Shown in pieces: positions 38,245 to 49,400 of a stretch of DNA of 64,000 nt. The notes beneath the pieces are model-generated. The model was not told where the DNA came from, made no database searches, and saw only the letters and a program-made list of their open reading frames with translations. The stretch covers positions 3,286,001 through 3,350,000 of the forward strand of contig OZ218957.1 in NCBI GenBank assembly GCA_965112735.1. Direction: 5' to 3'. Position numbers and translations under genes: made by a program. Position 1 is the first letter of the stretch. Every line of letters starts with the position of its first letter. Origin of the DNA: Phaeosaccion multiseriatum. Taxonomy: Eukaryota > Protista > Ochrophyta, other classes.

Positions 38245-40119
38245 GCTGCGGAGAGAAGAGAAGAAAGGGGTAGGGTGGGAAAACGGGAGGACGGGGTGAG
38301 AAGGGGAATGCAAATCGCTTGACAAAAATCATAGACCACTTCATCCTTCTTCCTCGCTGCTCGCCTTCCTCCCTGCCGCCCCTCCCCCTCTTCCCTGCAC
38401 TGCAGCACTCACTTGACGGTGGTAAAGATGTCTTAAAAAGAAAGAGAGGAGGAGATGTGGATTTGATTGTGGTTAGTGGTTCCCATTGGTTTGGTTCCCT
38501 CGCGACGTCAAGCCCTGGTCAACCAACTCGGGATATCGCTCAAGCGCCGGAAACCCGCCCCGGAGGACAGGAAACTGGCACTGTTTTCGCTTTTCAATAG
38601 GTGTGTTGTACAAGGCCAGGATGGTGGGGAAAGGGCCGGGTCTTGGCCTCCCCACATGTGTAGTACCGTCTCTTCTCTTGCCTCTCCCCTCTCATCTCTC
38701 TCTCGCCCTTCCTTTCTCCTGCCGTCTCGACGCAATGGATTGAGAAGGAGGAAGGGGAGAACACAAGAAGAGATTTTTAAGGGCGCAAGAGGTAAGCGTG
38801 GCGAGAGGCCGTCTATTGGTCGCGATTCGTCGTCCATTCTTTGCAGGCTGGGGCACTGCTCTGGTTAGTGCTGCCACCGCTTGGTACCGTCCTACGTGCT
38901 GTGGTGCCGCTGCCGCGTGCGGTTGCTGCCTGCCGGTGTACCGCTCAACATCTTCTCCCGTCCTCGCTGGCTGCGCGGATGCCAACGCTACGCTGCAGTA
39001 CCTTCAGCGTCTTGTCTTTTGTGCTTCCTTCTGACGTGCATTTACACTCGCGCGCTTCTTTGTTATTGGTTGAAGGCCTAACCCTCCCCTCCGGCTCTTC
39101 ATGGGCTTGTTTCCTTTTTGGCCCCTTCTGCTGCTTTTGTCGGCCTTCACCAGATCTTTGCCACGGGGAGAGTAGATGGAGGGGAAGAGCGTAGGAGGAG
39201 AGACAAACGGAATGGAGAAGCTCAGGTACGCAGCCATCTCGCCCCCCCTCTCCCTCCTCATTGCTTCTCCTCTGCCTCCCCTCTCTGTTCTCTCTTTCTT
39301 TCTTCCCCTCCGGCCTCCTTGTTCCTTCTTCCCTGCCGCCCTACCTCCTTTCCTCTCCCTCGCCTTCCAACCCCTTTCCTCCCCTCTGCTTCACCTTCCG
39401 ACCTCCTTCTCCCTTCTCTTCACCTCCCGACCTCCTCCTCTCTCTCACTCTCCCTGGTCTCATCCTGCTTTCCCCTCCTTCTCTTCGTCTTACCGCCTGA
39501 CCTCCTTCTCCCTTCTCTTCTCATTGCCTCTCGACCTCCTTCCCCCCTCTCGTTGCCGCCCGGCATCCTTACTGCTCTTCCCATTCCCTCCCGACCTCCT
39601 TCTCCTCCTTTGTCTTCTCTCCCTCTTCCCTCTCCATCTTCTCCTATTCCCTTGCCTCCTTCCCTCCCTCTCCCTTGCCTTCTCCCTCCCTCTTTCCTTT
39701 TCTTCTCCTTCTCTCTTGCCTCCTTTCTTCTATTGTCCTTGCGTTCTGACCCCCCCCCCCCCCCTCCCTTGCTACCCTCGCTCCTCCTCCCTAACCCTTG
39801 CCTCCTCCCGCACCTCCTCCGTTGTCTTCGGACCTCCTGTTCGTTCTGCCATCCGTTGGCATGGTACTACGTTCATTCGGATCTGATACACTGAAACTGG
39901 TGCTTGTGACAGGCCCTCTACAGGGATCTCCCCCTCTATGGGCATCTCTAAAGGATGAGCAGGATGCCCTGCTTGCTCTCTTTTCTGAGCTTGGCTTCAC
40001 CTGCCTGCCCCAGCGTGCTTCATTGGAGTGGACATATGATGCGCCCTGCCGCTGTGGTTGGTGTTTTGCGACGTGCATGTGAGTACGTGTAGAGTCCCTC
40101 TGATTCACACCTACGATGC

Positions 40120-40170
<51 letters not shown>

Positions 40171-41690
40171 TCTTGCCGTGGCTCTGCTCCATTTAACATG
40201 CCTCTTCACGCTATTGTGTCGAGAAGGAGAGCAGCAGGGACAGCACGCAATGGGCACGCCAAAGTCTGCCCCCAGATGACCTAATTCTTCAATTCTGCCC
40301 CCCCCCCCGCCCCCCCCCCAGTGCGGTCTGGCTTCTGCTGTCTGGCCTCTGACCGTGTCCTGTTGTTGCTACATTCGTTCATCAGCAAAGCGCACTCGCG
40401 GTCCAGTGCAGAAGCAGCAGTTTCCTTGATGATCATCAGTAGGAAGGGCAGCAGCAGGGGCACCGCCGGCCGACCCATGGAGTGCCATCTTCTTCGAGGC
40501 TCGGTAAAGGCCGTTGTAGAGGCTTCAGCTTCTGCAGCAGGGCCGTACAGACCAGCAGCACCACTGGTTCCATAGAAGGAGAAGGGAGAAGAGTTTACAC
40601 CAGCGCCGGCTCCAGTAGCAGCATGAGGTTTAGTAGCAACAGCAGCAGCACCAGGAGCGACATGGGCATCACTGGAGGGAGTAGGCGGGCAAGTGGGGTG
40701 GCGACGCCGCGGCAGCAGCCACCGCAGTAGCGGCAAGATGGCGCTGGTCTGCGGTGGGAAGCAACAGTAGAAGCAGCGGCAGCAGCATTCAGCGCTAGTA
40801 CCCCCAGAGAGGGGGGTGGACGGGGGAGCCCGTTGGAAGGAGCCGAAGGAGTAGGCGAGCCTTCCTGAAGCGGCGGAGCAGCACTGTTGGAAAGCAGCTG
40901 CATCAGCTGTAGCGGGGCCGACTCTGCTGCCGCATCCTTCCGCTGCGGCAGCAGCTGGCACCAGCAAGGCACGGTGTGGCTATCGGGCAAGTTTCTCAGG
41001 CCCAGGGAGTCCGAGGGAAAGTCGGTACGTGACGGCGAAGGGTGGCACGCTCAATACTATTCGCTCATGCTGCAACTTGTCGCCTTATGCTCTCGCCTGC
41101 ATCTCCTTTACCGTGCACCTCTCGCACGTCACTCACTTTCTCACTCACTCACTCACTCCCTCGCCCAGTCACATACTCACGCACCCACTCACTCACTACC
41201 TCGCCCAGTCACATACTCACGCACCCACTCACTCACTCACTCACGCACTCACTCAATCTCGCACTCACTCACTCACTCACTCACGCATCACTCACTCGCT
41301 GACTCAACTCCTTAATCCTCACTCCAGTTCACCCCTTTACGCGCGCGCTCACCCACTGAGGCGCTTGCTCGCTCACTCACTCACTCGCCCACTCACTCAC
41401 ACATTCTTAATCACACCCCCTACTCACTCACGCACTCACCTCCCCCTCCCCCCCCTCACGACCTTCTCCTCTTTGGCGACGCTCAGGGCACCAAGAAGGA
41501 CGTCAAGTACCGGCGTGGGGTGATTCAATTGCATGGCCCAATGCGAGCAGCCCACGGGGGGGAAGGAGTGTTTGCGGCACCTGTGGTGGAGGCGTGCTTC
41601 AGCTACGAGCAATGCAACTACGATACAGACCTCATTCGCATGTTTTGGGTGGGATGAGGGCATGAGAGAGACACAATAGATAGGAGAGAT

Positions 41691-41765
41691 TGTCAGGATA
41701 TAGGGCGTCTGAAGTGCCATCAGTATTATCCAAACGTTTGACTTCAGACGCCATTTATCCTGACA
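41691..41765. mobile_element. 75-bp MITE-like element with 25-bp imperfect TIRs and GAT target-site duplication
   Basis: The left end TGTCAGGATATAGGGCGTCTGAAGT matches the reverse complement of the right end TGTCAGGATAAATGGCGTCTGAAGT at 22/25. GAT is present at 41688-41690 and 41766-41768. The paralogous site near 32678 has a single GAT and no insert. Confidence 0.88.
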
Positions 41766-42057
41766 GATACTGAGAGTTCTAGCACATTTAATTGACGAGG
41801 ATTTTACAGACAGGGTGTGTGTACATTGAGAGATTCTTTGTATTCCAAGCGAGGCCCGGTCATATTATTTCTTGCATTCTGCCTTGTTGAAATGGATGAA
41901 GGTTTTTGTTGTTCTTGATACACCGCTTCACGCGATGATATTAATGAATTGTAATATGGTTAAACGGGGTTTATTCATTTTTATTTACAAGGGGTTGGCG
42001 CGCACTGCATTCCAACCCCTCTCTGTAAAACTTTTAACTAGAGTTAAGGTTGACTGC

Positions 42058-42711
42058 TCAGTTCCATGTGTAGGCCTGTCCGAGGATGTCGTTGATGATG
42101 TAGGGGCGTCCGTTGAGCTGCTCGTGGACCATGAGGGCGAGGATGCCCATCTGTGCGGCGCGGCCGTTGTTGAGCTCGATGGAGCGCTTGCGGCTCTGGG
42201 TCTCCTCGTCCCACGATGCCCAGGTGGAGTTCTCTCCGAACCTGTTCATGTCACCGGGGGTGGAGCCCTCCACCTGCTGCATGACGGCCAGCTCGAGGAT
42301 GCCGATGAAGGCGACCAGCTGGGCAATGCCGGCGGCGGGGATCTTGGAGAAGGCGGCAAGTCCGTTGGGCACGTCCGTGAACTTAATGTTCTCGGAGATG
42401 GACAGGTATCCGGGCAGGCGCACGTTCTGCTGCACAAGGTGACCGGCGATGGCAAGCATGGAGATGCGGCCGTGCTTCACCTCGACGTATCGGAGTCGGT
42501 CGAATCGCTCCTGGTCGGCGTCGTTGAGGAGTCCGAGGGGGTCGAAGAATCCCAGAGGGGCCTGTGCGCCCTCAGCGTCCTCGAAGGCCATCTTCATGCT
42601 GCTGGAGCTCTTGGGGGCCTTGGCAACCGCGCTGCCGGTGAAGGCGGTGGGTGCCACGAAGGCGGAGGCGCACCCAAGGGTGGCCATGGCGGCGATGCAT
42701 GCGGTCTTCAT
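42058..42711 (-). CDS. Lhcf: Fucoxanthin-chlorophyll a/c binding protein (Lhcf/FCP), copy 3
   Basis: Protein identical to copies 1 and 2; distinct 5' flank (CAACAAA-ATG). Confidence 0.97.
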   Translation of the reverse strand: MKTACIAAMATLGCASAFVAPTAFTGSAVAKAPKSSSSMKMAFEDAEGAQAPLGFFDPLGLLNDADQERFDRLRYVEVKHGRISMLAIAGHLVQQNVRLPGYLSISENIKFTDVPNGLAAFSKIPAAGIAQLVAFIGILELAVMQQVEGSTPGDMNRFGENSTWASWDEETQSRKRSIELNNGRAAQMGILALMVHEQLNGRPYIINDILGQAYTWN

Positions 42712-43174
42712 TTTGTTGGTGGGGGGGGTCTTTCAAAGAGTTTAAAGAAGGTGTTTGGGTGATTGTGAATGCCACTGCGCACCGGATTTGGACCAGTTTC
42801 AGCTCATTCTCCCTTCAAGATTTGCCAAAAACGTGCCTGACGTGCTCCGACGTGGATGCTTTGAAAGATACAAGGGCAAACAGAGAACCGCTTCGGAGGG
42901 GGGGGTATATATTACATATATGTATCGGGGCATACCCGGGTAGGCCAGCTCGGTAAATGTAACCGTCTTGCTTGGGGCAGGGGAGGGGCAAAATTCGTCC
43001 TTGTTTTCTCGAGTTGCGCAGGGAGCTGCGTCTTCCCATTCAGTCAGGAGAGGGGGCGCCGCTGAGCTTGTGAGGGAGGGGAGGTGGCGTGGGGAGGAAG
43101 GAGGGCAAAAGGGAGGAGAGCGGGGCTCCTCCTGGCTACGCCATTTTTGTATTTAATTGCCATTGCACAGCCGG

Positions 43175-44293
43175 ATGGGGAACAGCCGCCAGGAAGGCGA
43201 GGATGCCAGAGTCCCTCAAGGGAGGTGCAAGGAGCCGGAGCCCCCAGAGCCGAGGTCTCGATACACCGGCTCGGGCAAGGCGCAGGGGCAGGAAGGCAGG
43301 CTCCACCGGAACAGGGTCTCAGTCGTGCTTGTGCCCAAGGTTAGTCGGAGGCTACTGATGGATGGGATGTCCTCAACGGCTCCTTGCCGTATGAAGGGCA
43401 GTGTTTATGAGCTTGAATTGAAAGAGGCCACTTCGTTAGGACATTCCTTCCTACGTGTTGGGCACAGGAGCTTGATGACTTCACACATTGTGCTCTTCTT
43501 CCCTCCATCCCATTGTGACTACTCACAACTAGTGCGTTGCTGGAACAGCCGCTGTCTGCGGTCAAGGTAGGGAGCGAGCACCAATGCTCTGACGGGCTGA
43601 CTGACGAAACTTCGCTCTCTCCCTCCCTCCCTCCCTCCCTCCCTCCCTCCCTCCCTCCCTCCCTCCCCCCTTTCCCACCCCCCCTCCCTCTTCCCCACCG
43701 AAACCTCCCATGCAGGAGGACCTGGCCGAAGCGCGCATAGAGATCCCCAAATGGCGACGCAGTTACATGTCGTTTGAACGGAGAGTCAGGTCCGCTTACT
43801 TCCTACCCGTGCTCGTCCTCATCGGCGTTTGTGCCCTAGGCTGCCATCTGTCCGCCGTTACAGCCGCTGTCGGAGGCTTCTTCAAGTGGTCTGTGTACTG
43901 CGAGTCGGTCGTGGGTGTGACAGACAACACAGCCACCATCGGCCTACAGACCTACCGCATCGGATGGGTGGGATACGTCGGGAGGGTCCTGGTAAGTTGG
44001 GGGAGGAGGAGGGAAGGGAGGAGGAGAGAGAAGGGAAGATGGGAAAGAGAGAGTGCTTGTACATGGCGGGTATGCTGTGTAGTTCAAGGTGTTCAAGACG
44101 AGAGAGTCTGACAAGTTTACGCGCTTCCACACGATCCTCCTCCTCCTCCTCGCCCTCCTCCTCTTCCTCCCCCTTCTTCTCCTCCTCCTCCACCACCACC
44201 ACCACCACCTCGCCCTCCTTCTCTTCCTCCTCTTCCGCCCCCTCCTTCTCCTCCTCCACCACCACCACCTCCTCCTCCTCCTCCTCCTCCTCC

Positions 44294-44325
<32 letters not shown>

Positions 44326-44557
44326 TTCTTCTTCATCATTATCCTTCCTCCAACAATCGTAGGAAGTCTCTGGAAACACGGAGGACAATATCCTCAACTC
44401 CACCACAAACATTGACGGCAACTTCACGACAAGCCTACAAGAGTTTAGCCTCTTTGATTCTGCCCAGGACGGGGAGGAGCGGGCGGGGCAGACGGACGTC
44501 TTCGGTGACCGTCGGGGGCTTTTCTCCATCGGAGACGAGGAGACAACAATAGTGGCA

Positions 44558-44594
<37 letters not shown>

Positions 44595-45232
44595 GAGGAG
44601 GAGGAGGAGGAGGAGGTGGTGGTGCGGGGGGGGGGGGGGAAGCAGCAGACGTAAGGGCCGTGTCCGGCGGGTGGGAGTGGAGGAGGACTGCCGCTGCTGA
44701 GCAAGAGAGGCAGGAGAGGAAGGACAGGCTGTACACACTAGGGCTTGCCTCGTCCTCTGTGCCTCGGACGGCCCCCCTCAGCAAGATCGACACCACAGTC
44801 GGTGCCCTCGGTGCCCTGGCCGGCCTGTGCCATCTTGTCGGTGTGCTCTGCTGTCTCGCCTTTATGGCCTTGGTGCTGCTGCTCTTCGACCACAACTTCG
44901 CCTACGGTCGGCCCGTATTCGCCTACCTCATGTACGGGGCGATGGCCCTCCTCGCGGCCACCTTTATACTTCCTGCCGTTGCCTTTTACATGGTCACGCA
45001 GGTACGTGGTGGTGCGGCTGTTGGTGATATATACACCTCATCGATACGTTGGTGTTTGTGATGGGATAGGCCATGTATGGCCCTGCCTTGCTCCGCCTCC
45101 GACTCAACTCTCCCCTCCCCTCCCTTACCCACCCCTCCCCTCCCCTCCCCCCTCCCCCCTCCCCTCTACTACTCCTCTCTTCCTCCACCTATCCCTGCAC
45201 CTATCTGCCTCTCCCCCCCGCAACTGCCCCTG

Positions 45233-45276
<44 letters not shown>

Positions 45277-46226
45277 CAGGGGAGATTCACATCCGCCGTA
45301 CTGGAGCAACTGGAGGAGGATGGTAAGTACGACCGCCTCCCAGCTCGGAGCCCCACCTCCCACCTCCCACCTTATTACGGAGCTCTCTTCGTTGTCTTGC
45401 ATTCAGAAATCAACAACGTTTGCCCTTCGTGTATCCCTCCCTCCCTCCCTCCCATATCAACACAGGTTTCCTCTGCGAAGAGACGACCGACCTCAACAGC
45501 AAGTACGGCTTCGTGGCCACCGGCTTTGCCCTCGCCGCCCACTTTTGCTTCGTCTCTGTCCTTGCAATTTATCAGAAAGAAGCGGACACCGCACTCTCAG
45601 ACAGGCTTCAGCGAAGGGCCACGGCCGTCGGATCCATGAGGGCAGCAGTAGCAGGGGGGGGGGGGGCAGGGGACCCCGGGGGGTTGCGCGGGGGGTTCGG
45701 CGGGGTACGAAACAAGGTTTTCGGCGGGCTGCGGAAGGGTGTGGGAAGGGGGGTCAAGGGCAGTGCCGGCGGGGGCGCATTCGTCAATAGTCGGGGAGGA
45801 GGAGGAGGAGGAGGAGGAGGGGGTGGTGCTGCTTTCGGTGGCCAAAGCAGCGGCAGCAGCAGCAACAGGAGGACAGAGGCAGGCCGAGACTACGGTCGGA
45901 TTGAGGAGGGAGGCGCAGTAGGGAAGGTAGACAAGGTAGACAAGGCCGGCGGAGGGGAGGGCCATGTTGCCACCGGCGGCAGCGGGCCAAGCAGCCGCCA
46001 CGACACCAGCGCGAGCGGCAGTGGCAGTGGGAGTGGACCAACCAGTAGGCCGGGAAGGAGGCCGGGAAGCACTCGGACCAGCGCAGGAGGAGGAGGAGGA
46101 GGAGGAGGAGGAGGAGGAGGAGGAGGAGGAGGAGGAGGAGGAGGAGGAGTAGGAGGAGGAGGAGGAGGAGAAGGAGGAGGAGGAGGAGGAGGAGGAGGAG
46201 GGGGCACCGGAAGCCAACTATTGTAA
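43175..46226 (+). CDS. Four-transmembrane (claudin/amastin-like topology) membrane protein with Gly-rich tail, about 5 exons
   Basis: TM1 YFLPVLVLIGVCALGCHLSAV is followed by a long loop with N-glycosylation sequons (NST, NFT), then TM2-3 (LAGLCHLVGVLCCLAFMALVLLLF; VFAYLMYGAMALLAATFILPAVAFYMV) and TM4 (YGFVATGFALAAHFCFVSVLAIY). The GT-AG junctions are in frame. Confidence 0.65.
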
Positions 46227-46458
46227 ATACTCTTGGACGAACATCAATGGCTAATGGCTGTGAGTGATATATTCGCCTTACTCGCACTGCTACTGCTGCT
46301 GCCACTACACGGCAGTGAGAGCTCCTCCTCCTCCTCCTCCTCCTCCTCCTCCTCCTCCTCCTCCTCCTCCTCCTCCTCCTTCTCCTCCTCCTTCTCCTCC
46401 TCCTCCTCCTCCTCCTCCTCCTCCTCCTCCTCCTCCTTCTCCTCCTCCTCCCACCCTA

Positions 46459-49400
46459 CTATGGCTCATACAACCCCCTCGAGCTCCTCCTCTTGATGGG
46501 CGGTCCTCCCCCATACCTCCCCACCAAGAAGTCCCACGCCCCCCTTGTGGCGGCTCTGTAGTGCACTTCATAGCGCTTGCCCTCCACAGGCTTCCCGTGT
46601 TGGTCCACCAAGTCGCCATTTGTGATGGGCCCCGGGGGCGGCTGAGTAAAGTCCTCGTCCTCCCTCATGGGCCGGGGTGCGGAAGTTGCAGCAGCACCAG
46701 TTGGTGATATAGCAGGAGTCACAACGAAGTCGCGCCATCGATTGAGCCACGTGTTGGCGATGAGGAAACACTCCGGCTCTTGCTCATGCCCTGGCTGCTC
46801 ATCCTGCTGCTGCTTCGGGGGCTGCTCCGCCCCATCTTCCCCTCGCTCTCGCACGCCTTGCTCCTGTGCTGCTGCTCCTCCTGCCTCCCCCTCCTTCTCG
46901 CCCGCCTCCTCCTCTGTCCGCTTCCCTCCCTGTATGCCTTGATGGTGACTGCCATGTCCATTCATCTCCCCACCCCTCAAGGAGGCAGCGGCGGACACGG
47001 CGGCTGTTGAGGCCGAGGGCACACCCTCCTGCCCTGCCTCTCCGGGCACACCCTCCTGCCCTGCCTCTCCGACAGCAGGCGCAGCAGTTGGTGATACAGC
47101 AGTCTCAACACCACCCTCCTTGCCAGCTCTTTTAGGGGGGACTCTCTCTTCGTCCCCCCCTCCCCCATCTATTGCCATCCCGGCCGCCGCTGAGGAGGGG
47201 GCACCGCCTTTCTCCCCTCGCCCCTCCTCTACTGGCTCTGGCTCTTGCCCTTGCCCATTCTCCTCCCCATCCACTGCCTTCTTCCTTCTATCTGGGTCCA
47301 CCGCGGGCTGTTTCGCAGACAGCGCTTGAACCCTCGCCCTCTCCTGCATCTTGCTGCGCTCCAACGCCAGCGCCTTCGCCTCACACACGGGGCACTCCTC
47401 AAGTGCCAGGAGAGGCCTACACAAACACACAAAGGACTTCCAGTTGCCGCTCTCCTCCTTGCCGCCCCCTCCTCCTCCTTCTTCTTCTCCTTCGTCTCCT
47501 CTCCGTCCTCCTCCTCCTCCTCCTCCTCCTCCTCCTCCTCCTCCCCCTCCTCCTTCCCCTCCTGACAGTCCGACAACGCCGCGGGGCCCATACGCCTCTA
47601 CCAGCCACACGAATGTCTCGAAGGGCACGGCAGCCACCTCCTTGCAGGCCTGCCTCAGCCCCACACTCGGCTTGACAAGGCCGTGTGCACAGGCCACGTG
47701 GTGGTTGCAGACGGGGCCTGGGTGCGAGTGGGAGGCCCACTTACTCAGCCATGCTGTGGATATGAACACTCGTTGAGAGGCTGAGGGTCGACGGGGGGGG
47801 GCGCAACGAGCCCCAGCCCCACCTCCATCAGCAGTTGGTGATACAGCAGGGGCAGCAGCAGTACCTGCCTCCGCCTCCTCGTCCAACATAGCCCTCACGT
47901 CCTCAAACACTCTGTTGAGCTCTGCCTCACAAGGTCCCCTCCCTGAGCAACAATCCCCTTCTTGTACTTGCTGGTCTTCTTCACTCCTCTTGGCGTTCTC
48001 ACCTGCTGCTGCTGCCACTGCTGCTGCCGCGGCTCCTCCTCCTCCTCCTCCACCACCACCACCATCGCGGTCCCTCTCCCTCCTCCTCTTCTGATAAAAA
48101 AGGACATATGGACTCATGGCCTCCACAAACGCCGGTCTGACCACCCTGCATTGGTTGTCATTGAAGTACACCCACCGAGGGTCGTCGCCATCTGCCCCAT
48201 CAAGCACACAGGCGGTGTAGTGCCCCTGACTGAGGTTCCCCGAGTGCTCCACAAGTCCGATGAGATCGTACAGGAAACAGTCGGAGTCGGAGTCCACCGG
48301 AGAGGGAGAGGGAGAGTCCTTCTCATGCCCATACCCTCCTCCTCCTCCTCCTCCTCCTCCTCCTCCTCCTTCTGTGTCGGTTGCATGCGGGGGCGCTGGC
48401 ACCGTCCCCTCCTCCTCATCGCCTCGCGCCCTCTTCCGGCTGGGAGAGGAGGTACCTCTGCTGCTGCTGCTGCTACTGCTGCTGCTGGTGGTGGGGTTGT
48501 TCACCCAGGGGGACATATCAAGCCCTTTGAGAGGAAACACCGTCCTGCATCGCACAAGGCCGTTGGCGAGGTCAGGAATACATACAAAATATACAATACA
48601 TACATACATGGAGCCGCACAACGGAACGACACAGCAGAACGTCAGTGGCCAGCCCTTAGACCTCCCTCTCTCTCTTTGCCGTCTCTTAGTCATTCTCTAC
48701 CCCCCCCCCCCCCCTCTTGGCCCCCTCCACCCCCATTCCCCCCGCTCACCTGTTGCGCAGTTTCTGGCTCCAAAACATGCCCCTCCGAAAGCGTTTAATG
48801 TGTATGCACAAGACCTCCGGGCAGTACGCGAGACAAAGCGTCTTCTCGGCGTCTTGGTGCTCCCCCTTGCAAGTCTTCTTGTTATCGCAATGGTACTGAT
48901 TGGCTCCGCGCAAGTGCTCGCATTTGAAGAAGCTTCGTAGACTTTCCGCAAGAGGAACGCTCTTGACTCCTAGCCACAGACCCATACCAACCACCATACT
49001 GGAGATTGTGCCTCTCTGCTGTATCACCAACTGCTGCTGCTGCTGCTGCTTCTGCTGCTTCTGCTGTACCACTGACCGTTGCTTTCGTTCCTCCTCCTCT
49101 TTCTTCTTCCGCTGCTGCCTTGTTGCTCCCTTGGCATCGACGGAAGTTCTGTCACCCCTCCCGCTCCGATCGATAGAAAACCTCACAGGAGAGACCATTC
49201 CGTTGCTGCCATCCTTGCCTCCCTTGGCGTTCTGGCCTCCTTCCCACCCATCACCACCCTCCTCCCTTCCGATGTCGTCAGTGCTGCCGTTGCTGCCAAC
49301 GCTACATCTACTCTCCGTACTACTCCCAATGCTGCTCAAATCCAGATCCGTAGATGCCACCCCACTCCTCCCACCCCCACCCGTCGCCCTGCCCCCTTCC

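Noticed and set aside
32980-42711. FCP polyprotein (as in dinoflagellates/euglenids) spliced across the three copies
   Set aside because: Each copy has its own presequence and stop codon, and the acceptors before the ATG pair with local 5'-UTR donors.
32878-42762. Plus-strand 277-305 aa ORFs overlapping the FCP genes
   Set aside because: They are antisense shadows of the GC3-rich FCP coding sequence.
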